Assembly: GCF_000143415.4 (NCBI RefSeq) | Contig: NW_003314263.1 | Coordinates: forward strand, 471,114-535,113 | Reading direction: 5' to 3' | Source: Selaginella moellendorffii | Taxonomy: Eukaryota > Plantae > Lycopodiophyta | Length of the DNA: 64,000 bases | Shown: positions 24,179 to 36,815 of the stretch, in pieces | Numbering within the stretch: the stretch's first letter is position 1 | Layout: each line of letters starts with the position of its first letter | The notes under the pieces: generated by a model | Seen by the model: the letters and a program-made list of their open reading frames with translations, nothing else | The model's database searches: none | What the model was told of the DNA's origin: nothing | Translations under genes and position numbers: made by a program

Positions 24179-26243
24179 ATGCAGCTCGAGGGATGGATGC
24201 TCGTTCCAATATTCTCGGCAATTCTGCTGAGTTTTTCTCTTGCTTCTCATGCCAATCCGGTCGAGATAGAAAGGTTCTACGAGTTTAATGTAAGTTTGTC
24301 AAGTTGTGTTGTCCTTCCAGCTCTTGAAGTTTTCTCATTGCAGATCACAAGATCGCAAGTTACTAGACTCTGCAGTACGAAGAACATCGTTAACGTCAAT
24401 GGACAGTTTCCGGGGCCCGAGATTCACCTCGATGAAGGAGACATGCTCGTTGTCAAGGTCAATAACCAGGTCCCGGAGAACATCACACTCCACTGGTAAA
24501 ATCTCGTTTTCAATCCCATAGAAAACTTTTCTCACGTACTCCATCGTGTTCTTGCCAAATGTTCGGTTTTGATCCAAGCACTCCTGATTAAAAACTAGAA
24601 GAAACGAAGAGGAGTAGCTTACTGACGTGACTTTGACGCAGGCATGGAGTTTTCCAGAATCGAACTGGCTGGTACGACGGCCCTGCTTATGTCACGCAGT
24701 GTCCAATCCAATCTGGAAGCTCCTACACGTACAAATTCGTGATAAAAAACCAGCGAGGAACTCTTTGGTGGCATGCTCACATTCGGTGGATGAGGGCCAC
24801 AGTCTATGGTGCGCTGATTATCCACCCAAGGCCTGGATCGAGCTTTCCATTCCCAGCACCAGACGCTGAAGTACCAATCCTCCTAGGTAAGGAAGAAGAG
24901 AAGAAAAGCTAACTTAAAAGAACTTACAGGTGAATGGTGGCAATCGGACGTCCAAGCCGTCTTGAATCAAGCTTTAGCATCCGGCGGTGGTCCAAACGTC
25001 TCGGATGCTTTTACCATCAATGGCCTCCCCGGGCCTCTCTACAATTGCTCTGGAAACGGTAATGAAAAGAGTAAATTTTCTCATGTCAGACTCTAATTTC
25101 TCCTGCCAGATGTATACGTACTCGATGTGGAGCAAGGGAAAACGTACCTCTTACGTATCATAAACGCTGCGATGAACACCGATCTCTTCTTCGGCATCGC
25201 CAATCACAAGTTGACGGTGGTGGAAGCCGATGCCTCGTATCACCAGCCTTTTGAAACCGACTATATCGTCATCACTCCCGGACAGACGACAAACGTACTC
25301 TTCACCGCGGATCAAACTCCCGGCCAGTACTTCATGGCGGCCTCGGCCTACGCAGCCGCAGTCCCCCAGAATCCATTCGACAACACGACCACCGCCGGGA
25401 TCATCAGATACAAATCGTCTCCTTCGTCTTTCTTCTCGGGGCTGCCAAGGCTCCCTGCGTTTAACGACACGAGAAAGGTGGTGAGCTTCAACAGCAAGCT
25501 CAGAGGCTTACTAACCGAGGAGCTCCCAACAGTACCCGTGAAAGTCGACCGGCACTTGTTCTTCACCGTGGGACTCAACCGTGAGGATTGTCCGAGGGGA
25601 GCTCCAAACTCGAGCTGCCAAGGAAATGGGGGAAGATTTGTCGCGTCCATCAACAACATCACTTACGTCTCGCCGAGAAGCTCCATTCTCGGTGCTTACT
25701 ACACCAACAAGCTGATGAACGTCTTCACCAAGGATTTCTCGACCAAGCCGCCGGTTAAGTTCGACTACACTGGAAGGCCACTGAGGAACTTAAACTCGAA
25801 GAACGGGACGAAAGCTCGGATCATACCTTACGGCAGTAGCGTGCAGATAATTCTCCAGGGGACGAGCCTTGTCAACGCTGAAAGCCATCCAATTCATCTC
25901 CACGGCTATGACTTCTTCATCGTCGGCCAAGGCTTTGGAAACTACAAGAAAAAGTACGAAGCCAGCTTCAACCTGGTGGATCCTCCTCTTCGAAACACCA
26001 TCTCGGTTCCTCTCAAAGGTTGGGCAGCTATAAGATTGATAGCAAACAATCCAGGTTAGTTTCCCCTTCGCCATCTTTCTTGAAATTCTCATACCTTGTT
26101 CTCCATTCGCAGGAGTGTGGTTTATGCACTGTCACTTAGATATCCACACTACTTGGGGATTGGACACTGTTCTCATCGTCGAGAACGGCGAGGGACCTTT
26201 GCAATCGATCCAGGCACCCCCACCGGATTATCCACGCTGCTAA
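24179..26243 (+). CDS. Laccase (multicopper oxidase), multi-exon
   Basis: Signal peptide; copper motifs HW|[29 protein letters not shown]. Confidence 0.95.
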
Positions 26244-26884
26244 AGAGTTACCACACACATTCTCCCATCCGATTTTTCTTGTTAAGTTTGCTTTGGACCC
26301 TCAAGCACAGAAACAAAGATTGTCAAACGAACCACAATAAAGAAATACTTGCAAACGAAGATCTTTTCAATCACGCGGAAACGAAGAAACTGCAAGCAAA
26401 GATAACGAAATGGAAAGGAAGCAAACTTGGCAAATTTACGTGCACAACTCTTTCGCTGTAGACGAGATCTTCACAATCATGACAAGCTGTGCTGTGATTG
26501 CATTGCCTCCATGAACCACGTTGACACGCATGAACTTTCTTGCGTGAAATGCCCAAATTGCGCATGCCCCTTCCAGGCAAATGCCGAAGGAAAAGAATTC
26601 AAGAAAGTCGCATCATCCGACCGAAGGGGCCTTCTAAGCATAGAGTTCTCTAGAATCGATTTACAAAAACACCCACTTTATTATTCGAGAACCCACTTGA
26701 GATTCCAAAACAAAACTCCAATTCTTTTTAAATCTTCCCTTTGTCCCTGTTCTTGGGCTTTTTCGACTATAACCCCCCACGTTTGTGGGGACAGTGGTGT
26801 ATGACTCTATCAAACAATCAATCGATCGATCGGCCGCTAACCTCTCCAGGGCTGGTTGTGGTCTTTGTACAAACAAGCGAGCAA

Positions 26885-29021
26885 TCAGCAAGGCGGCAGA
26901 TCCTTGGGCGGTGGCTCCAAGCGCTGCCACTCCTCGGCACCGTCCTCCACAATAAACACGGTATCGAGCCCCGTCAAAGAATGCAAATCCAAGTGACAAT
27001 GAAACGCCCAAGTCCCTGGCAGCACGAGAAGAAGAGAGACGATCATCCCACGAAAGAACTCGCGATAAAACTCACCTGGGTTGTTCGCGACGAATCTGAT
27101 CACTGCCCAGCCGGCCGCCGGCACCGAGATGGTGTTCCTCAGCGGCGGATCCACCAGGTTGAACGCTGGCGAGTCGCGGGTCCGATTGAAATTCCCCCTC
27201 CCGGTGGCCAGCACGTAGAAATCAAAGCCATGCAAGTGAATGGGATGGTTCTCGGGCGCCAGGAGCGTCGTCCCCTGGAGCACCACCTCCACGGTGGCGC
27301 CGTACGGAATGATCCTCGCCTTGGTCCCCTCGGGCGCGTTCTGGTTGGCGATGGCGGGGCTCGCGGTGAAGTTGTACGGACGCGGGAACCGCGGGAAATC
27401 GGTGGTATATCCGCTGGGATCCTGTCCGCTGTGGATGAAATCGAAGTGCTGCTTGAGAAACGCCGAGGAGGATCCGATGAAGCTGACGTTGTTCATGGAG
27501 GCGCCGAATCGCCCGCCGCCGGGGACCGGCAGGAGGCACGAGATGTTAGGGTTCATGGTTGGCGGGCACCTCTGGACGTTGAGACCCACCGTGATGAAGA
27601 ACTTCTCCGCGACGGGCGATGCCGGGAGGGGAAACTCGCGGCGGACGCGATCTGGGCTGCGGAGCTTCGCCGCGAAGGCGTCCGAGAAGGCGGATCCAGC
27701 GGTGGAGGGCGGGAGCGATGGGAGGAGGAAGCGCGGGAAGGATTTGCGCGGGGGGGAAGCGTAGGAGAGGATGGCGGCGGTGGTGGTGTTCTGGAAGGGG
27801 ATGAATGGCGGCGCGGAGGCGAAGGCGTGCGCCGCCATGGAGTACGTGAGGGATGGATCGCGGTCTGTGGTGAAGAGGGCGGTGATGGCCTGGCCTGGGG
27901 AGATGACCAGCGAGGGAGTGGTGAAGGGCTTCACGTACTGCGCGTCGGCCTCCACGATGGTGAGGGTGTGGTTGGCTATGCCGAAGAAGAGCTCCGTGTT
28001 CATGGCCGCGCTGATGAGGCGGAGGAGGTATCGCGTCCCGGGCTGGAGATTGAAGACTTGCGTGTCTGCGAAATCAGAGAGAGTTTGTGTGGGATTCTTT
28101 CCTTGTTCTTCTGGGAGTGATTCTCGCAAGAATTGTGGAGAGATTTGGGCAGGGATAGTAGGAGCTTAGGATGATCTCGGCTCTCTTACCTTGTTGCGAG
28201 CACTTGCCATACAGCGGCCCGGGCAATCCATTGATGGTGAATGCGTCCGAGAGATTCGTCCCAGCGCCAGTTAGCATGGCTTGTCCGATCACGTCGAGAA
28301 CGTCCGATTTCCACCACTCGCCTGGAGGTCACGGAGAAGATGAATTGCTGGAAACCCATGGACTGGAACTAGACTCTGACGATGTTCTTACCAAGCATGA
28401 CGACAAGCTCTTTTGGTTTCGGCTCGCCTGGTCGCAAGAATGGAAGGCTCTCCTTTGGATGAACGATGAGAGCTCCATACACGGTGGCTCTCAAGAAAGT
28501 GATGTGCGCGTGCCACCACAGCGTTCCTCGCTGCCGGACGACATCGAATTTGTACACGAAGGATCTCTGGCGCTGGATCGGGCACTGGGTGATGTAAGCC
28601 GGGCCATCAAACCAGCCTGTTCGATTCTGGAAGATACCATGCCTGGAAATCCATCCATCAGAAGCGAAGAACACTTGAATCTTTGTGTTGTTCTACCAGT
28701 GCAATGTGATGTTGTGATTGATGAAGTTGTTTACTCTGATTTCCAGGCTATCGCCCTCCTCGACATCGATTTGCGGTCCTGGGAATTGATTGTTCACCAC
28801 GATGATTGACTTTGTGCTGCAGAGCCTCGTGATTTTCTTCTCGGTAATCTACCAAGAGAGAATTTTTGCAGCTAAGACAAAATGGAGGAAAAACAGAGGA
28901 TTCTTACATTGAATTCGTAGAACTTTGTTCTTGGCGGCGTTGCCCCGGAGAATTGAGCTCCGATTGCCAACCACAAGAAATAAAAGGCCAAGCTCGCTTG
29001 CATTGCCCCTCGCCTGGCCAT
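26885..29021 (-). CDS. Laccase, multi-exon
   Basis: Signal peptide; HW|[29 protein letters not shown]. Confidence 0.94.
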
Positions 29022-30810
29022 CGAGCTCGATCCAATCCTACAAACACTCCTGCGCGCTCTGCTTGTGCCAGAGCAATAAGACTTTCGAGGGATTTCAAGC
29101 CGATCGAGCAGAGTAAGAGGAGGGCGATCAATACTACGTGCTTGACACGCCAGAAAACAAGGATCTCTTAGCTAGCTCGCGTCTCCTCCCCTCTTACTCG
29201 CGGCTACTTCTCCCCCAAAACCTTGTGCGCTTTCGATCCTTTTATATCCCCGACGACGGAATCAAAACGCCACTGTGTTGTGCTCGATGCTTCGGCACAG
29301 CAAATTCAACTCCTTACAGGCTAGCGAACAGCAACACGAGTGGGGTCTCCAGGAAAATGGAGGGAGGAAAGAAGCACGACGTCGAGCTAGAGTAAACAAT
29401 GCTGTCGCGCCATCGCCATCGCCATCGCCACTGCTCTTTGTGGCTGGCTCAAGCCGTCGGATGGGCACGAATCCGACGGCGCGCTTCAAATCCTCCCATC
29501 CAACGGTGGAGTTCAAACCTTCCGTGTTGACGCCCTCAAATGGTGCCCCCTTAGTGCGCGCCGCAGCCAACGGCTGGGATCCGCGTAAGACTGATATACG
29601 TGCTCGTCACCAAAGTGCCTGGATGGGAGATAATCTAGAAGCTTTGGAGGTCTGTCCGTTGAAAACCCACTTGATTATAGAGCGCATTAAGGTTGTCTAG
29701 ATCGGCTATATCTAAGGACAATGTCAGAGTAGATGCAATCTACCATTTGATAATCGCTTATCAATGGTGTCAACCATGTAAGAATGTGGACATTTTCACG
29801 GCATGGTTGAAAAGATTTGGTCTTGGAGCCATGACGCGATCAAAGAGCGTGGACCCTCTCAAAGTCTTTACGTGAGATTATCCTCCAAGCAACCTTTGGG
29901 TGCCAAGACGGAGCCATCCAACCAAGCGCATTTCCACGACCACTTTGCGTGGCATCACGAAGTGGCCACAAGATTGTTGGTCGTGTGGACATATCAAGCA
30001 ACAGTCCGAGTGAGAATGACAAGGCGTTTTGGAGTTTTCAAATGGAGGTTTAGGTGTGTTTCTCAAGTGGGGTATAAGATTAGAATTCTAAGCCAAAGAA
30101 ATACTTGGTCTGTGTTCTTAGGTAGAATGTTCACGTTCTAGAGCCTCTTCTCTTTCCAGGTTCTCCAAATTCTTTAGTGTCGTGATCATCGCCAACAAGA
30201 AGAATCTTATGAGAAAGTTTCGAAATCAACTTCTGGAAAAAGCGAAGCTTTCGAGTTCTCATGCTAGCTGTGTTGATCGATCCGTGTTTGTCTTTGCCCA
30301 ATGACAATGAAAATGGGACTTGCATCTTTTGTCTTGACCCACTTCGGACCCTTCTTGGCGACTTTCGAGGACGAGTTCTTGGGACCGAGCGTGCGATCAC
30401 TTGAAAAGAGTTCTTTCCTTACAAGAGAAAACACGAATCACTAATAGTGCTACTATAAGCTCTAGGAGCGATTAAAGAAACTTAAAGGTCCTTGGTTGAT
30501 AATATGGCTTTTGATGGATAGGTTAATCCTCTACGTATATGAGGAATCTAGCTGGCTTTTGGTGGATTGGTGGCTGGGATTGGTATGTTCAACCTTGAGT
30601 GTAAACTATTGCATTCCTGCTTGTTGAAACGGGGTTGACAGGGATGTGATTTGTCCCTTGTTGGATGCAAGAAAATCGGCAAAAATAAAGTCGGTGGCCA
30701 AGCTTGTTTCAAATATTTTTTTGAAAAAAAAAATCCCGCTTTTCTATTTCTGATCCATGGAACAGTTTTGCGGGTGGTAAAGGGTGATTCTCGGGGAAAC
30801 AGCAAATGAG

Positions 30811-32559
30811 ATGCCTAGTCTCCATCACGAATCCGAGGATCTTTTGGCGAAACAAGTCCGGTCCTGCAAAGGGGTTGCATCCGTCCGCCAAATCCACGCT
30901 CACATTCGCCGCGGAATCTTTTACTCCAGCACGTACCTCGCAAATCTCCTCATTGACAGTTACGCCAAATGCCGCTGCCTGGAAGAATCTCTGGCGCTGT
31001 TCCACAGTGGGGCTTTCTCGCGCAATGCTTTCTCGTGGAATATACTCATCACGGCATATGCCCACAACGGGCATATGGACGAGTCCCATGAAATATTCGA
31101 TTTGATGCCCCAGCGCAACGTGGTAACGTGGAGTGTGCTTGTTACCCAATACACCAAAACAGGGAATCTTGCAGAGGCGAAAAGAATCTTTCATTTGATT
31201 CCGGGAGAGTGCGTTATTGCCTCGACTGGTATGCTGGTAGCATATGCCCAGGGCGGGCATCTTGATGACGCTCGAAGGATATTCGATGGCATGTCGTGTC
31301 GCAGCGTGGTAACGTGGAACTCGATGGTGCAGGGATATTCCGACGCAGCAAACGTGGAAAGCGCCAGGGCTTTGTTCGACAGGATGCCGGCGTGGGATAT
31401 TCCGTCGTGGAACACCGTGCTCCAGGCATATGCCCAAGCCGTGGATGCCGAGGGAGCTTCCCGAATATTCCAGGCGATCCCGGAGCGTACGGCCGTTTCG
31501 TCCACCGCGATGATCAAGCTGTGGGCGCAGTTAGGTCACCTCGATCGCGCCGTGGCGACGTTCCAATCCATGCCCGATTGCGACATTGTGGCCTGGACAG
31601 CGATCCTTGCCGCCCACGGCCAGAACCAGCGATTGGAGAGCGCGCACAGGATCTTTGCCCTAATGCCCCAGCACGATGGAGTTTCTTCCACTGCGATGCT
31701 CTCGGCCTGTGGAGCGAACGGGGAAACCATCCTCGCTGAAGAGATGTTTGAGAAGATTCCTGTGAAGAACGCAGTGACCTGGACTGCCATGATCGGAGTC
31801 TACTGCGCAAGCTACCAAACTGACCGTGCTAGAATGGTTCTTGAAAAGATGCCTTACCACGGAGTTATCGCGTGGACTATCATTGCTCACGCATATACCA
31901 CAAAAGGGCATCTTGTCGAGGCAAAATCACTGCTAGACAAAGTGCCCTCCAACAGCACAGTGGCATCTACTGTGATGCTTGCGGCTTATTCGAATGTCGG
32001 CCACCTTTCTAATGCCAAAACTGTGTTTGATTCTATGCAAGAACAGGACTCTGTGATGTGGTCCGCTGCGATTACCGCATATGCCCAAGCCGGGCATTTG
32101 GAAGAGTGTGTAGATATTTTCCGGAAAATGGTTCTCGCGGGATTCGAGCCTCGGGACATTACGTTTACGTGCGTGCTCACCGGGCTCAGCCACGCTGGGG
32201 CCGCCGATCGAGCTCGAGAGTTCTTCCACATTATGTGTGGTGATTTTAGACTTTGTCCGAGGATTGAGCACTACTGCTGCGTGATTGATCTCTTGGGACG
32301 TGTCAAGAGGCTGGACGACGCCGAGGAGCTCGCGAGAAACATGCCGTTCGAGTCTTATGGCCTTGCATGGTCGACGCTGTTGGCCGCTTGCAAACTTCAC
32401 GGAGATTCTCAGAGGGGAGCTCGGGCGGCCGGAGAGGCCATGGATTTGGATCCCAAAAATCCATCTCCGTTTCTTCTCTTGTCCAATATGTTTGTAAGTT
32501 CTGAGACCCGGGTGGATGATAATGACCCAAGAGTCCAATCTTTTGCTACTTTCTTTTAA
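30811..32559 (+). CDS. PLS-class PPR protein with long short-motif array, E domain, no DYW
   Basis: Intronless; ~31-aa repeats; ends GLSHAG..EHYCCVIDLLGR..WSTLLAACKLHG..PFLLLSN. Confidence 0.93.
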   Translation: MPSLHHESEDLLAKQVRSCKGVASVRQIHAHIRRGIFYSSTYLANLLIDSYAKCRCLEESLALFHSGAFSRNAFSWNILITAYAHNGHMDESHEIFDLMPQRNVVTWSVLVTQYTKTGNLAEAKRIFHLIPGECVIASTGMLVAYAQGGHLDDARRIFDGMSCRSVVTWNSMVQGYSDAANVESARALFDRMPAWDIPSWNTVLQAYAQAVDAEGASRIFQAIPERTAVSSTAMIKLWAQLGHLDRAVATFQSMPDCDIVAWTAILAAHGQNQRLESAHRIFALMPQHDGVSSTAMLSACGANGETILAEEMFEKIPVKNAVTWTAMIGVYCASYQTDRARMVLEKMPYHGVIAWTIIAHAYTTKGHLVEAKSLLDKVPSNSTVASTVMLAAYSNVGHLSNAKTVFDSMQEQDSVMWSAAITAYAQAGHLEECVDIFRKMVLAGFEPRDITFTCVLTGLSHAGAADRAREFFHIMCGDFRLCPRIEHYCCVIDLLGRVKRLDDAEELARNMPFESYGLAWSTLLAACKLHGDSQRGARAAGEAMDLDPKNPSPFLLLSNMFVSSETRVDDNDPRVQSFATFF

Positions 32560-33103
32560 CACAGCTTTTTCTCTAGCATAGCATGACACGAGAGAATCTA
32601 TAAAGCAGCCAACAATGTTGACACGAGTTCAACGATCGGACAGGCAGTGGAATGCTGCGACCGTTTGATCCAAACTTTCCTAGATTTATTTCAAATGATT
32701 TAGTGTTCTATTGTACCGTTTGCCCAAGACCTGTCTATTCGGTGTGGTTCTTTTTCAAGTCTTGCTGAGGACTTTGGATTCAGGCTCTTTGGGTTGGAAG
32801 GTTTGCTGGGGAAGAACTTTTGGGTTTGATGACGACTAGGCAACGAAAATCTTGTATGTATACGTAAAGTAATGGAATTCTTCTTTGAGAAGAACTTACT
32901 CAAGAAGTTGGTCCACAGATCTCAACGTGCTTTCTCTTTTCTTTGACTTTCTCTTTTAACTCTAGGTTTAAACACCCGATCATTGTATGTACCCACCTAA
33001 AATCATTCCCCTCGCTTGCTTGCATCTTAAAGCAACCTGGAGGGAAAGAAAACTAAACTAAATCCTGATATAAGATCTTCGCTGTGATGATCAGAGGCAC
33101 TAG

Positions 33104-35259
33104 CTAGCACTGTGGATAATCATCCGGCGGTGGAACAATCGATTGATCCGGTCCTACGCCATTTGTGACAAGAATCGCAGTGGCAAGGCCCCAAGTTGTG
33201 TGAATCTCAAGGTGGCAATGCATGTACCACACACCTGATCAAACAACATACGTATAAGTATAAACTCTCTTTAAACGGAATATGATCTCTATACCTGGAT
33301 TGTCAGCTTTGAATCTAATCACGGCCCATCCTCCGGATGGAACACCGATTGTGTTCCTGAGAGGAGGATCAACCAGATTAAACTGTGAGCTCTTGGAAGC
33401 ATCATAGTTTCCAAAGCCATAGCCGAGCACATAGAAATTATAGCCGTGGAGATGGATTGGGTGGTTCTCAAACCCAGCAATGTACGTGTTCTGGAACACA
33501 ATCTGGACGTTGGAGCCGTACGGAATGACCGAGATCCTGGTTCCCACCTGGGGAGCCACATTCTTTAAAGAACCCGAGCTCTGGTCAGTGTAGTCAAAAG
33601 GGTTGACCGGCGCGACCGGGAAGTCCGTGGAGTAGATCCCCGGGACATTCCGGTAGTAGGCCTCCATGAGGGACATCTTGGTCGGGAGAGCAAACGAGAC
33701 GTTGTTGATCGAGGCAGTGAAGTTCCCATTGTCTGGAACGACAATATGATTGTCCATTGTATAGAGAATTGTCTCGCGTACCTGGTGCTCGGCAAGTGCT
33801 CCCGGGCGAGCATGGCTTGATTCCCAGCCCGATCGCGAACAAAAACTCCTTGTCCACGGTCTGCGGGACATCGATCTTGTGCTGTGAAGATGCCAGGCTC
33901 CGCAAGCTCCCAGAGAATCTAGTCGCGTAGCTTGTGTCGTTGAAGAAGGGCTGGATCGGAGTCTCTGGCGTCGCAAACGTGGAGGATTTCATGTCGCAGG
34001 CGATGTACTCGAGCACGGCAGTGGCAGCGGTGGGGGTGTAGGGGACATGCTGCGCAGACATGTATGGCACTGCGGACATGAAGTAGCGAGCGCATGGCTG
34101 GTCCGCGGTGATGACTACGTTAGTGGTTTGTCCGGGCGTGAGGAGGATAGTGTCCGTGGTGTAAGGCTTGGTGTACTCGGCGTCTACTTCCACCACCGTC
34201 ATGCTATGGTTGGCGATGGAGAAGAAGAGCTCCATGTTGAGGGCAGCATTGACGAGGCGGAGGAGGTATCTCTTGCCGGTGATGGCGTTCAGGGTGTACA
34301 CTTCTGTGAGAGAACAAGAAGAGTGATGATATCCACACAGAGAGAGAAAGAGAGAGACATTCTTTCTTCAATTCTGGCTTACCTTGTGCTTCCGATTCCT
34401 TGTAGCTCGGGCCCGGGAATCCATTGATGGTGTAAGCGTCCGATTGGTTTGGAGCCCCGTGCCTCAAAGCGTCCTCCTCGATCGCTTGGATGTCGTTGTT
34501 CCACCACTCCCCTGTTAGAAAACAGAGGATTGTGTGTGAGAACTGTGTCCTCTAGATCTATCTACTCCTGCGGAGATGATCTCCTCCAATTCTCTCGAGA
34601 AATTTACCAAGGATGACAACTTGTTCTTCGTAGGGGGACTTGAATGGGTAAGGCATTGTCCTCCTTGGATAGATGACGATGGCTCCATAAACAGTGGCTC
34701 GAAGCCACATGATGTGGGCATGCCAGAAGAGAGTTCCCATGTGTGAATCCACGGTGAAGTTGTAGAGGAACGATTGGCCTTGCTTGAGAGGACACTGCGT
34801 GACATACGCTGGGCCATCGAACCAGGGACTTCTAAATTGCCGGATTCCATGCCTGTGACAAAGCATTAGATCAGAAAAAGTTTTGGAACTTTTGAGACTT
34901 TGGCTCTCGCTCATCACCAGTGGATCGACATCTTGTACTTCACAGTGTTCCTTACTGTGATGAGAAGCCTATCGCCGTCGTTGGCATAGATTGTTGGTCC
35001 CGGGAGCTCGCCATTGACAGTGATAATGTTCTTTGTTCTTCCCAGCCTCCTCACCATCGAGCTTACGACCTGGGCGGTGGCAATTCGATGAGCTCTGGAT
35101 GCTCGAAACTGGCGAGAGCATATTAAGCAAACTGACCTGGAAGTCGTAGACTTTGGTTATTTCATTCTGAGCAGCCACCAGATCGAAGCTCCAGGAAGCG
35201 AGGAAAGAGAAAATCACAACCGCGCGGCAAGCACTCGAGACCATCGATTGCAATGCCAT
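33104..35259 (-). CDS. Laccase, multi-exon
   Basis: Signal peptide; HW|[29 protein letters not shown]; a 49-nt intron (33734-33782) explains the frame change between ORFs. Confidence 0.95.
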
Positions 35260-36815
35260 GATCCAGGACAGAGGAAAAGAAAAGAACACTCTATCTCTAG
35301 TCACTTCCTTCTCTTCTCATTTAAGTTTCTCCATAGGTAGGCAACTTGGAAGGACACATTGCAAGAGTTTTAAACGCAGTTTCAAGAGTGGAGCACCACC
35401 TTGAACACCAAGAAAAAAAAAAAAACGTTGTCATGTATGTTAGGTGACTGTGTCCAAACGGGCCCATGAGCTAAGCAATCCCATAAAACTTAAGTCCCGT
35501 TAAATATCTTCCACTTCACAGAGACAGGCTGTATAGTAGTCCCGAGATAGTCAAGACTAGAGAGGAAAAAAACGAAGAAGAAGGATATCTCTCCGCTTCT
35601 TCTTCGGACGAGAAGTTCTTGGGTGTGAGATCAGCGGAGTCAGGATTGAAAAGAACCCATCCCAAAAGTCCAAGGAATCGATCAAGCGAATCAGTCGCTT
35701 ATCGCGAGGAATTGGAAGAAGCTGGAAGTGTCCGAGTGGAAGCACTTAAAACTCGTATGGTGGAGACAAATTTGTGGGGATGGAGAATAGCGACGGCCAA
35801 TTAACGTAATGCGGGTGGTAGCCCACTCGGATCTTGAAGAAGGAAGCATGGCGGCTTCTCTCCTAATGGTCCTAAGACTTGGTAAAACCCTGCCAACCTC
35901 CTATACACAGACGTGTACGCTAATAGCTTTCTACGGTTGGAGCGAATTACAATGTCACTCGTGCACTTGAAAGGAGGGCCCTCGTTCCATTTCTATTCTT
36001 TTGATTTGCGCAAAGAGAGAGAGGCCAACTGAACGACACTTTTTGCCGCTAGCGTCGCTTTCGAAAGGCAATTTCTGGGAGGTGATCTAGTTTAGCTGTA
36101 TTTGCTGAGAATGATCATGTGCTCTTGTGCTGGCCGAATCTTGGGGGTCAAGCTGTATGATCGAACATCAGGTTAAAGCTTGGGGTCAAAGTTGGCAACA
36201 AGATTATTCACTTCTTTGGGACCTCTTTGTAAAGGCTAGGCAAAAGAACAAAAGGGTAAAATTGGGCATAGGTGTTTAGCCTTACAATTGGGACAAGTCC
36301 ACGCTTGCAAACTCTATATTGGAAAAGACTAGGGAAAGTTTTATATAATGTGTCGTTCTCTCAAGAGCATCTCTCCTATAGATAACCATGTTCAACGAGC
36401 TGGAAGATTTGATAGAAGGAAATCTCTTCCTATCACTTGAGATATAGGAGTCCAACCAGCTTCTACATCTCAAATTTTCTCATAATCTCAATTTGCTACA
36501 TTGTCATGTACCCAGAAGCATGAGGCCAAAATGCTGTCTGGATGATCATCTTCTGCTTCAGTAGTGCTTCAGTAGGAAAAGAAAAGAAAAGAAAAAAGAG
36601 AAATTAATCAAAACTAAGAAGGTGCAATAATATAGAAAACATCCTTGAAAATGGTTTCATTAAGCCCGGAAGTCTCATTTATTACTTTCTTTTATTTGTC
36701 TTCTTTCTTGATTTTGAATTAAAATATATAAATTATATAATAGTAATTGTGTTTCTAAATATCTTTTATATTGGTAAATTAGTGAGTTAATGTGCCCTAA
36801 ATCATTCCCTTTGCT

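Noticed and set aside
26741-28120. Long opposite-strand ORFs over laccase 2, also over beta-tubulin (50986-52654) and the RLK
   Set aside because: Shadow ORFs caused by GC-rich codon usage; no protein motifs.
34229-34255. miR397-like site in the laccase (also near 25158)
   Set aside because: Several mismatches, including at the miRNA 5' end; similarity is explained by the conserved INAALN coding motif.
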